Below are positions 17,283-26,156 of a stretch of DNA of 64,000 nucleotides, piece by piece. Below the pieces are notes generated by a model. The model did not search any database, was not told the origin of the DNA, and saw nothing but the letters and a program-made list of their open reading frames with translations. The position numbers and the translations under genes were made by a program. This DNA is from Dehalococcoidia bacterium (GTDB lineage: Bacteria; Chloroflexota; Dehalococcoidia; Bin125): positions 512,001 through 576,000 of the forward strand of contig CAXXRD010000001.1 of assembly GCA_963663895.2 (NCBI GenBank), read 5' to 3'. How positions within the stretch are numbered: position 1 is the stretch's first letter; every line of letters begins with the position of its first letter.

Positions 17283-20159
17283 TCACGCTGGCTGATCGAT
17301 CTCGAAGACCTTCAGCACTTCGTCGCCGTAGTGGTTGATCACCTTGACGGCGATCTTGCCGCTCGCGGGAGGCGGGAAGGGGCGACTGCGCGTCGCGTAG
17401 AGCGACGCCCACGCTTCCTCGTCGATCTCAGCGCGGAGCGCGCGCTTGAGCCGATCGTAGGGCTCGTCCGCGCCGGTGAAGTAGGCGTGGCGCACGAAGA
17501 AGCTCTGCTCGTCGTAGTCGCTGTCGATGAACCAGCAGGCGATATCATCCGTGGAGGCGGATCGCACCGCGCCGGTGGTCGGATCGTAGACATCGACGCC
17601 GCGTATCTCGACGACGATCGCGCCATCCGGCGTTCGCTCGATCTCAACATCCGGCTCGCCGAAGACGGTGAAGAGGTTGCCGGCGCCGGTCTTCTTCAGT
17701 AGCTCGTCGCCCATCGCGAGGTCGGGGTTCATCCGCGCGAGCATCACCGGCAGCTTGCCGTACTTGCGTTCGCTCTCGGCGACGGCGAAGCTGTCATCCT
17801 CGCCGCTCCCAGCGCCCGGCGCGGAGGCGAACTCCTCTGTTTTCTCGCCGGCGCGGGCGTCGAAGGCGAAACCGCAGACCACGAGCAGGTCGTAGCCGAG
17901 GCCGCGGATCGCCGCCTTCGCCGCCCGCTCCACCTGCTCCGCGCCGACCGTCCCGTGCTCGGGGCCGATCGAGACGGCGACGCGCCGGGGCGTGCCGCCC
18001 TTGTCCTCGAACTCGCCCTCGGCGTGAATCCAGGGATCGCCCGCCAGCGGGTCGAGGCGCGAGAAGACGAGCCGCTCGTCACGCTTCGTATTCTGCACGC
18101 CGGCTTTGCCGAGATTCTCGATGATGGTGGCGGCGAAGTCCGGGCGCACTGGATCTCCCGTCGCCTCGCGCACCGCGGCGGGCACATCCTCGTCGGCGGC
18201 GATCATGCGGTGCGGCGAGAGGCTCTCGACGGTGAACGGGCCGGCGACGCGCACACGGCTGCTGTCCTCGTAGGGTTGGTCGTAGAGGATCTCGCTCTCC
18301 GAGTTGCGGGCGATCGACTCGTCGATCTCACGCTGGCGGGCGAGGCGCTGCTCCCACCACTGCTTGTGCGCCGCAGCGGCCGGGGCCGGCCACGCCTCGC
18401 CGGCCTTGCGGGGAACCTCCCACTCCTCCCAGGACTCGCCCAACGCATCGTTGAGCGCCGCGCGCAGCGGTTCGAGGCGCTCCTGGAAGCGCTCCCAGAT
18501 GTCGTCGATCTCCTCGTTGTTGGCGATGTCGCGCAGTTGGATGTGCGGCGCGCGCCTGTAGACGAAGCCCTGCCGTACGTCGCCCGAGGTCGGGCCGTCG
18601 CCGGCGGGCCGGCCGCTGACCTTCGCCTCCTGCGCGCGGCCCTCGGGCGTGTCGGCAAGGTGATAGTACGGATAGCGGGCCGCCATCAGCCGCGTGCGCG
18701 CCAGCGTCAGCGCCACCCGCGACGTGTCGACCGTGATCCAGCGCCGTCCCCACTGCTCGGCGACGTACGCCGTCGTGCCGCTGCCGCACGTCGGGTCGAG
18801 CACGAGGTCGCCGGGATCCGTCGCCATGAGAATGCAGCGCTCGATGACTTTGTTCGTGGTCTGAACGACATAGATCTTCGGGTCGTTGAAACCCCCGGAC
18901 TGCGTATCGAGCCACATGTTCGTGAGCGCCGTAGCTGCGAACGAGTCCCAGTACAGCTTGTGGTGGACCGAGCTTCCTGAACGGAGAATCTTGCCGGCGC
19001 GGACCAGCCGGTCACGGCCGACACGCTTTACTTTCCAGTGCTGGTTCGCAGGGGGCTCGAAGACACTCCCCTCAAAGACGAACTCTTGGTCACCGGAACT
19101 TCGACCCTCGGACAAGAGCGGCCCGCTCCGGAATATTCGTGCTCCATCCGGGAGTGCTCTGCGGCGCTGCCGCTCATCTCTCGTCATGCGACGTATCGTC
19201 CCGTCAGACAGCTCTAGCAGCACGTAATTCGGGTCGGTCATCGGAGGCTCTGGTTGTAGCTGGAATATCTTTCTGGTCTTCGCAAGAGAAGCGTCACGTG
19301 CATACCAAAGCACGTGGTCGGAGACGTTCCCGATCGCAGCCTGACCGAAGCCTCCGGTCTTCTGGAACGTGACACTTGACACGAAGCCGTCACTGCCGAA
19401 GACCTCATCCAGCAGTGAGCGGACGAGATGCACGTTCTCATCGCCGATCTGGACGAAGATGCTGCCCGTCTCGTTGAGCAGCTCGCGAGCAACCCTGAAG
19501 CGATCACGCAGGTAGGTAAGGTAGGAGTGGATGTGGAGTTTCCAGGTGTCGCGGAAGGCGCGCACCTGCTCGGGCTGCCGCGTCGTGTCCTCGGCGCGGC
19601 CGTCGCGCACGTCGCGCTTGCGGGTGGAGACCTGCCAGTTGGAGCCGAACTTGATGCCGTAGGGCGGGTCGATATAGATGCACTGGACCTTGCCGCGCAG
19701 CCCCTCCTTCTCCGCCAGCGAGGTCATGACCAACAGTGAGTCGCCGAGGATCATGCGGTTGGACCAGTGCTGGTCGTGCTCGTAGAACTCCAGCTTCCGC
19801 TCCAGGTCGTCCAAGCCGTTGAAGTCGGCGAAGAGGTCGAGCTGGTGCGCGCCCTGCGGATGGCCGTTGCGCCGCAGATCCTCAATGATCGCCTGCGGCT
19901 GGATCTTCTCCTGGATGTAGACGGGCACGACGGGTACAACGAGGTCGTCGCCGTCGAGATCATCCTTGCCCTGCCAGACGAGCTGGGGGTCGAGCGCGGG
20001 ATCGCGCGGCCAGCGCAAGTGGTCGCGGATGTCCTCCTCTTCGTCGGGGATGAACTCGCGCAGCTCCTCGGTGGGGATGTTCTTGCGGCTGTCCTCGTGC
20101 CGGATCGCGTCGATCCGGGTTCGCCTCTTGCTCTTCTTGCCGCGCCGCGGCGCCATCAT
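17283..20159 (-). CDS. mod: Type III R-M DNA methyltransferase (Mod)
   Basis: NRMILGDSL, YIDPPYG, VLDPTCGSGTT; TGATG-coupled to res. Confidence 0.9.
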   Translation of the reverse strand: MMAPRRGKKSKRRTRIDAIRHEDSRKNIPTEELREFIPDEEEDIRDHLRWPRDPALDPQLVWQGKDDLDGDDLVVPVVPVYIQEKIQPQAIIEDLRRNGHPQGAHQLDLFADFNGLDDLERKLEFYEHDQHWSNRMILGDSLLVMTSLAEKEGLRGKVQCIYIDPPYGIKFGSNWQVSTRKRDVRDGRAEDTTRQPEQVRAFRDTWKLHIHSYLTYLRDRFRVARELLNETGSIFVQIGDENVHLVRSLLDEVFGSDGFVSSVTFQKTGGFGQAAIGNVSDHVLWYARDASLAKTRKIFQLQPEPPMTDPNYVLLELSDGTIRRMTRDERQRRRALPDGARIFRSGPLLSEGRSSGDQEFVFEGSVFEPPANQHWKVKRVGRDRLVRAGKILRSGSSVHHKLYWDSFAATALTNMWLDTQSGGFNDPKIYVVQTTNKVIERCILMATDPGDLVLDPTCGSGTTAYVAEQWGRRWITVDTSRVALTLARTRLMAARYPYYHLADTPEGRAQEAKVSGRPAGDGPTSGDVRQGFVYRRAPHIQLRDIANNEEIDDIWERFQERLEPLRAALNDALGESWEEWEVPRKAGEAWPAPAAAAHKQWWEQRLARQREIDESIARNSESEILYDQPYEDSSRVRVAGPFTVESLSPHRMIAADEDVPAAVREATGDPVRPDFAATIIENLGKAGVQNTKRDERLVFSRLDPLAGDPWIHAEGEFEDKGGTPRRVAVSIGPEHGTVGAEQVERAAKAAIRGLGYDLLVVCGFAFDARAGEKTEEFASAPGAGSGEDDSFAVAESERKYGKLPVMLARMNPDLAMGDELLKKTGAGNLFTVFGEPDVEIERTPDGAIVVEIRGVDVYDPTTGAVRSASTDDIACWFIDSDYDEQSFFVRHAYFTGADEPYDRLKRALRAEIDEEAWASLYATRSRPFPPPASGKIAVKVINHYGDEVLKVFEIDQPA

Positions 20160-23100
20160 CAGCCTCCCGCCGCCTGCGCCGGCAGGTCGCGCTCCGCGAG
20201 CCAGGCGCGCAGCTCGGTTCGCAGGTTCCACGGGTCGCGCGCCTCGAAGAAGGCCCAGCGGCCCCAGCCGCCGGCGTTGTTGAGGGCGGGCGCCCAGAGC
20301 GTGCGCGCCGCTTCCGCCTTGGCCTGCTTCTCGGGCAAGTCGCGCCCGCTGACCTCCAGGACGACGTTGAGCAGGTCGCCGGGGCCATGCCCGTCCTCAA
20401 CGTGGGCGATGAAGTCCGGATAGTACCAGCGCTCAACGCCGGCGTGCGTGTAAGGAATGCGGAACTCGCAGCCGTGGTTCTTCACGTAGTGCAGGACTTC
20501 CGGCATCGTCTCCAGGGTTTCGGCGGTTTTCTGCTCCCAGCTGCCGGTGTCGGCGACGACGTGCGAGACGTGGCACTTGGCCTCGTTCGTAACCATCAGT
20601 GGGCGCGTGGTTTGCAAGTCGACGAAGCGCGAGGAGGCGCGTGGGTTGTAGTGGTTGACGATCGGCTTGAGCCGCTCGGCGCCCGGCCCGGAACGCGCGA
20701 TCGAACTGAAGATGCGCTCGGCGGCGCGGTCGCCGAGCCCGCCGACGAGCAGCAGTTGCGGATAGACGTTGTCCTTGAGAACAACGCACTCGCGCAGCCA
20801 CTGGCCTGCGATGCGCAGCAGCGACGGGAATGCCCAAAGTTGCCAGTTACCATCGCCATCGCGGAACTTCCGCTCCAGCACGCGACGCGCGAGGTGGAAG
20901 GCGATCGTCTGCTCCCGTTGCGCGCGCAGTGATTCCAACGTGTGCCTCTTGTCTTCGCCGATGATCGAGGAAACGTGCGTCTCCGTTGGCACGTCCTGTG
21001 TAGAGATGGCCATCCGCGAGTCCTCGCCGAACTGAGCCGTCAGCCGCTGCGGTGCGATGTCGTAGCGGTAGCCGGTGAGGTTCGGGAACGTGATCTCGGC
21101 GTGAGCGCGATCCGGCAGAGCGCGTACACGGGCCGGCTGCGGGCCGTCAATGACGCCCGTCGCCGCGCCGGAGGCGGGGATGAACGAGAAGGGAACGCCG
21201 TAGACCTCAGCGTACTCAGCGTCGAACATTCCCTCCGTGTTCGGCTCGTAGCTGCGTCGTCGCAGCGCCCGTCCAACGACCTGCTCGCAGAGCAATTGCG
21301 TGCCGAAAGCGCGGACGCCGAGAATGTGCGTGACGGTGTTCGCGTCCCAACCTTCGGTCAGCATCGAGACGGAGACCACGCACCGGATGCGCTCGCCGAG
21401 GCGTCCCGGCTTGCCGACGGTGTTCATGACCTCGCGCAGTAGATCTTCATCGCTCAGCGCCTCGGCATCGCGGCCGGGATAGCGGCGGCGGTACTCACGC
21501 TTGAACTCCTCGATCTCGCGCTTCGCGACACGCTTAAAGGTGCCGCTCATCTGCTCGCCGGACTCCAGCTCGGCGCTGTCGATCAGGATCGTGTTCGGCC
21601 GATCGCTCCAGCGGCCATCCATCGTATTGCTGAAAAGCGGCAGGGCGCCGTCGTGAACGTACGGCCCGGCACCGTCCCCGCGCTGCTCCTCCCAACCGCC
21701 CACGAAGTCGTAAATCAACTTCGAGACGTTGGTGTTGTTGCAAACAATGATGAAGACGGGCGGCGAGCCGTGCTCGCGGGCGGCCGCATCGGCTTCCCAG
21801 CGCTCGTGGGAACGCTTGTAGTTGTCGTAGAGCTGGCGCAATGCCGCTTCCAGAGCTTCGGGTAAGTGCGGCTCGCCGGAGACCGTATCGACCTTACGCC
21901 CGTGCTTCGGAAGACCGTCGCGGATCTGGATCCAGAGGTTGCGATAGACCGGCAGATCCGAAGTTCCCGCATCGTCGCTAACCGGTACGCGTGGAACCTT
22001 CACGATCCCGCTCTCGATCGCATCGATCAGTGAGAAGTCGGAGACCACCCACGGGAACAACGTGCCTTCGTCGTAGCCGGAGCCGCGCAGAAAGAACGGC
22101 GTCGCCGAGAGGTCATAGACAACCTTGATGCCAAGTCTCCGCTGCACCGCCTGTAAGCCGGTGAGCCAGACGCGGGCATCCTCATTGCGCTGCTTGGCCT
22201 CGCGACGTTCGTCGGCGCTCAGTCGCTGCTTCTTCGCCGCCTCGCGCCCGCGGTAGCAGTGGTGCGCCTCGTCGTTGAAGACGATGATCTGCCGCTTCGT
22301 CCCGAGGCCGAGCTCGCGACGCAGACGCATCACCACCTGCGCCTCCGTCTCGACGTGTCCGACGCCTATGGGCGCACCGCCCGCCTCAATGATCGCCTGA
22401 TGCAATTTGCCGGCGTCGCTCGTCTTGCGCGGTTGGAACTTGTGGTAGTTGGCTATATGAATCTTCGCCTGCCCGAGCCGATCGGTGAGATCGGGCGGCA
22501 CGATGTCGCGCTCCGCGTAGTAGTTCCCCGGATCGCTCGGCAGTAGTACGCGCAGCCGGTCGCGGATGGTGATGCCGGGCGTCACTACGAGGAAAGCGTC
22601 GGTGAAGCGCGCGTCGCGTGATGCGGCGTGCTTGTTCAGCGACTGCCACGCGATCAGCATCGCCATCAGCACCGTCTTGCCGGAACCGGTCGCCATCTTG
22701 AAAGCGATGCGGTAGAGACCGTCGTTCCACTCGCGCGCGTGATCCCGCAGTTGGTTCTCGATCCAACTGTCGCCATGCCGCGACGCGACCTCTGCTAGGT
22801 AGATCGCGGTCTCGGCGGCTTCGATCTGACAGAAGAAGAGCTTGCGCTCACGGTCCGGCGACTGCCAGTAGTCGAGCAGGCGACGGGTGGTGCGCGTCAC
22901 ACCGACATAGCCACCATTCCGCCAGCGCACCACGCGTTCACGCACACGGTTGACGAACTCGTTCTCCTCGATACGGTCCTGCGTCCACTCTGCGGCAAGG
23001 GCAAGTTGCCCTTGGCTTCGCTTTGAAGCCGGCACCGGCACGAAATACGAACTCGGCCGCCGACCTTCGACGATGTCGCTTGTGATCCCTTGGTCGTCGA

Positions 23101-23170
23101 AGCGGAAGTGACGGCTCGGCTCCACGAACGGTGAATTGAGGACCGGGTTCTCGATGACGACGTTCGGCAT
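20159..23170 (-). CDS. res: Type III R-M restriction endonuclease/helicase (Res)
   Basis: MATGSGKT, DEAH, LSATP, EGWD, QVVGRALRR, PD-(D/E)xK-like YYPDF...LEVSG. Confidence 0.9.
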   Translation of the reverse strand: MPNVVIENPVLNSPFVEPSRHFRFDDQGITSDIVEGRRPSSYFVPVPASKRSQGQLALAAEWTQDRIEENEFVNRVRERVVRWRNGGYVGVTRTTRRLLDYWQSPDRERKLFFCQIEAAETAIYLAEVASRHGDSWIENQLRDHAREWNDGLYRIAFKMATGSGKTVLMAMLIAWQSLNKHAASRDARFTDAFLVVTPGITIRDRLRVLLPSDPGNYYAERDIVPPDLTDRLGQAKIHIANYHKFQPRKTSDAGKLHQAIIEAGGAPIGVGHVETEAQVVMRLRRELGLGTKRQIIVFNDEAHHCYRGREAAKKQRLSADERREAKQRNEDARVWLTGLQAVQRRLGIKVVYDLSATPFFLRGSGYDEGTLFPWVVSDFSLIDAIESGIVKVPRVPVSDDAGTSDLPVYRNLWIQIRDGLPKHGRKVDTVSGEPHLPEALEAALRQLYDNYKRSHERWEADAAAREHGSPPVFIIVCNNTNVSKLIYDFVGGWEEQRGDGAGPYVHDGALPLFSNTMDGRWSDRPNTILIDSAELESGEQMSGTFKRVAKREIEEFKREYRRRYPGRDAEALSDEDLLREVMNTVGKPGRLGERIRCVVSVSMLTEGWDANTVTHILGVRAFGTQLLCEQVVGRALRRRSYEPNTEGMFDAEYAEVYGVPFSFIPASGAATGVIDGPQPARVRALPDRAHAEITFPNLTGYRYDIAPQRLTAQFGEDSRMAISTQDVPTETHVSSIIGEDKRHTLESLRAQREQTIAFHLARRVLERKFRDGDGNWQLWAFPSLLRIAGQWLRECVVLKDNVYPQLLLVGGLGDRAAERIFSSIARSGPGAERLKPIVNHYNPRASSRFVDLQTTRPLMVTNEAKCHVSHVVADTGSWEQKTAETLETMPEVLHYVKNHGCEFRIPYTHAGVERWYYPDFIAHVEDGHGPGDLLNVVLEVSGRDLPEKQAKAEAARTLWAPALNNAGGWGRWAFFEARDPWNLRTELRAWLAERDLPAQAAGG

Positions 23171-23191
23171 CAGTACTCCCAGCACGTTTGC

Positions 23192-23374
23192 GCAGCCGTA
23201 GAGGCGAAGATTACAGCCTCATGGGAGAAGAGAGGGGTCCGAGGATCAGTACCCATCCACGAACTGGCCGAGTCAGCCGCTTGCGTCACCACTGCACAAA
23301 CATCGGGATCAATGTTCCAAAACGACCAAAAGGGCAGTGTGTCATTCGCCTTGATTGTTCGTCTCTCGGGATGA
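23192..23374 (+). pseudogene. Recombinase C-terminal remnant spanning the internal att copy
   Basis: AVEAKITASWEKRGVRGSVPIHE...VTTAQTSG-SMFQ...RLSG*, homologous to the remnant at 31046-31240. Confidence 0.7.
23285..23306. repeat. att-like direct repeat of the dnaN 3' end
   Basis: GTCACCACTGCACAAACATCGG vs GTCACCATTGAACAAACATCGG; minus strand encodes PMFVQW* in both. Confidence 0.85.
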
Positions 23375-23671
23375 GGTGCTCGAACCGGCTCCCTTCTCGG
23401 CGATCGCGCCGTCTATGCGTCGACGCCGACTGACCATGTGCTCGGGCGAAGAGCTGGGCATTCGGCGTCTCGCGAGGCTACCGCTCTGAGCCCGGCCCGC
23501 CTGTGGATGAAGGGGAAAACGTCCACGGTTCGCGACCATCCCGGTGGGCCTACACGTACTGTACTGCGAACTTTCTCGTGGGCGGTCTCGCTATAGACCG
23601 CTCTGACCAAGCGGAGACTGGTGAAGACCATCCCTCCAAGACAGTACCCGCGCTTCGACACTTCCCAACGC

Positions 23672-24178
23672 TCAGTCTGCGAGTGCCTTCAACAGAGCCT
23701 CGCGGGCGTCGGAGTAGTAGAGGATTGTGAGCTTCGTGGCCATCTCGTCGGAGAGGTCGTTCAGCTGTTTCCTGGCCGAGATTGACACCAAGAGGGCGCT
23801 GGCGGCCTTCTCGACAGCCAGTTCCGCGACCCTCACAGGGTCGTAGACCGGGTCGATCGCGCCACCGAGATTGAGTCCACCCACGGCGACCAAGGCCTCG
23901 CGCAGGCTCTTGCCAAGCAATGCACTGCACAAGGCGAGTAGCGCCGGAAGCCCCAAGAACGCCCCGCTGCGGGATGCGTCGAAACTGCGAAGCTGCACCA
24001 AAAACTCGTGCGCGCTTGGGCTCCGGTCGCCCACAAGCTCGTTGGCGCGCGCCATCAGGTTGCCTTCCGCGTAGCGGACGCTCTCGCGGAACGGTCCCGG
24101 AGCTGGGACATTCGTGATCCGTACACCGGAACCCGGGTTCACGTTGACGTCGATACGGTAGAGCCCGGCGTGCTCATC
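23672..24178 (-). pseudogene. brxL: C-terminal fragment of BREX Lon-like protein BrxL
   Basis: GLYRIDV..PGSG, F.VQLRSFD, GGLNLGG, EMATKL..YYSDAREALLKAL; AAA+ part missing. Confidence 0.72.
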
Positions 24179-24195
24179 TGGTAGAGGGGTAGGCG

Positions 24196-25452
24196 CTACT
24201 CGTTGCGGAGCGCGGCGATCGGGTCGACGGTGGTGGCGCGATAGGCCGGGTAGCTGCCGCTCGCGAAGCCCACGCCTGCCGCCACCAGGAACGCCATCGC
24301 GATGCTCCAGGGCTGGATCAGTGTCGTCATCTCCTGGCCGCCCAGTTCGCGCCCGTCGACGGCGAGCGAGGCGCCGATGCCGATCGCGATCCCCACGACG
24401 CCGCCGAAGAGGCTGAGCGTCAGCGCCTCGGTCACGAACTGCTTGACGATGTCGCCGGCCGTCGCGCCCACGGCGCGGCGGATGCCGATCTCGCGGGTCC
24501 GCTCGGTGACGGAGACGAGCATGATGTTCATCACCCCGATCCCGCCGACCAGCAGCGAGATGCCGGCGATGCTGCCGAGCAGGATCGAGAGGGTGTTGCT
24601 GACCTCGGTAGCGGCGCTGATCAGGTCGTCCTGGCTCTGGATCACGAAGTCCGGCTCGGGCGTCTCGTGGAGGAAGAGCAGCAACTCGCTGACCTCGTCC
24701 TTGACGCGCTGCTCGTCGGCGCCGCTGGCGGTCTGGATGTCGATCTGCGTGACGCGCAGGTCGCCGGTGGGCGTGTAGAGGAAGCGCAGGCGGCCGGCGA
24801 CGCCGCTCAGCGGAACGAAGACCTGGTCGTTCGCCTCGCTCGCGCCGCCCTGCTCCTCGAGCACGCCGACCACGATGAAGGGGAACGTGATCCGCCCGCC
24901 CGCGAAGGAGAGCCGCACCTCCTGCCCGACGGGATCGAGGCCCCGGTAGAGGGTGTCGGCGACGCGCGCGCCCAGCGCGGCGACCAGCGAGCCGTCCTCG
25001 TCGTGCAACGGGGTGATGAAGGTCCCGGAGCGAATCCCCAGGTCGCGAACCTCAGCGTACGTGCTCGAGGTGCCGACGATCTCCGCGCCGACGTTGTTCG
25101 AACCGGCGACCGCCTGCGCGTCGACCGCGATCTGCGCCGCGACCGAGACGACGCCGGGGATCGCGTTGTCGGCGATCGCGGTCGCATCGCCCTGCACCAG
25201 CGTGGACTGCGCGAGCCCGCCGAGGCCTCCCGTTTGCGAGGTCGTCGCCGCCACGCTCGACTCGATGAAGATCAGGTCGGTGCCGAGTCCCCGGATCTGA
25301 TCCGTGACGCCGCGCTGCGTGCCCTGACCGACCGCGATCAACACGATCACAGAGCTGACGCCGATCACGAGGCCGAGCGAGGTGAGCGCGCTGCGCAGCC
25401 GGTTCGCGAAGATCGCACGCAGCGCGATGCGGAACGCGTCGAACGGGCTCAC
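24196..25452 (-). CDS. MacB/FtsX-like ABC permease
   Basis: NRLRSALT, GGIGVMNIMLVSVTERTREIGIRRAVGA, DPIAALRNE. Confidence 0.93.
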   Translation of the reverse strand: MSPFDAFRIALRAIFANRLRSALTSLGLVIGVSSVIVLIAVGQGTQRGVTDQIRGLGTDLIFIESSVAATTSQTGGLGGLAQSTLVQGDATAIADNAIPGVVSVAAQIAVDAQAVAGSNNVGAEIVGTSSTYAEVRDLGIRSGTFITPLHDEDGSLVAALGARVADTLYRGLDPVGQEVRLSFAGGRITFPFIVVGVLEEQGGASEANDQVFVPLSGVAGRLRFLYTPTGDLRVTQIDIQTASGADEQRVKDEVSELLLFLHETPEPDFVIQSQDDLISAATEVSNTLSILLGSIAGISLLVGGIGVMNIMLVSVTERTREIGIRRAVGATAGDIVKQFVTEALTLSLFGGVVGIAIGIGASLAVDGRELGGQEMTTLIQPWSIAMAFLVAAGVGFASGSYPAYRATTVDPIAALRNE

Positions 25453-26156
25453 GGCACGGGCCCGTCCGCTGTCGCAGCCGCCACCGGGGCGCCGCTGTCC
25501 TCGATGATCCGTCCGTCGCGCATGCGCATGGTCCGGTTGGCATAGGCGGCGACCTCCGCCTCGTGCGTCACGAGCACGACCGTCAGCCCCTGCTGATCGA
25601 CCAGCTCGCTGAGCAGCGTCATCAGCTCGTGTTCGGTCGCCGTATCGAGGGCGCCCGTCGGCTCGTCGGCGAGTAGCACCAGCGGGTTCACGACCAGCGA
25701 GCGCGCGATCGCGACGCGCTGCTGCTCGCCGCCGGACAGCTCGGTCGGCAGGTGCGTGATGCGGTCCTGCAGGCCGACGCGCACGAGCGCCTCGGCGGCG
25801 CGCCGCTTGCGGTTGGGCGCACCCTGGTAGATCAGCGGCAGATCGACCTGCTCGAGGGCGGTCATGCGTGGCAGCAGGTTGTAAGACTGGAAGACGAAGC
25901 CGAAGGCGCTGCCGCGCAGCCGTGCGCGGGCGTCCTCGGAGAGCTGCGCGACATCGCGTCCCCCGAAGCCGTACTCGCCGCTGCTGGGGCGGTCGAGCAG
26001 GCCGATGATGTTCATCAGCGTGCTCTTGCCGGAGCCGGACTGCCCCATGATCGCGACGAACTCGCCTCGCCCGATCTCGAGGCTCACGCCGGCGAGGGCA
26101 TGCACCGCCGTCTCGCCGCTGGCGTAGATACGGGTCACGTCCTGGAGGTGGATCAC
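25449..26156 (-). CDS. ABC ATP-binding protein (LolD/MacB-type)
   Basis: GQSGSGKST, LSGGEQQRVA, LADEPTG. Confidence 0.93.
   Translation of the reverse strand: MIHLQDVTRIYASGETAVHALAGVSLEIGRGEFVAIMGQSGSGKSTLMNIIGLLDRPSSGEYGFGGRDVAQLSEDARARLRGSAFGFVFQSYNLLPRMTALEQVDLPLIYQGAPNRKRRAAEALVRVGLQDRITHLPTELSGGEQQRVAIARSLVVNPLVLLADEPTGALDTATEHELMTLLSELVDQQGLTVVLVTHEAEVAAYANRTMRMRDGRIIEDSGAPVAAATADGPVP

Noticed and set aside
23375-23670. Short ORFs between the internal att and brxL
   Set aside because: No recognisable motifs or RBS; probably element arm or degraded DNA
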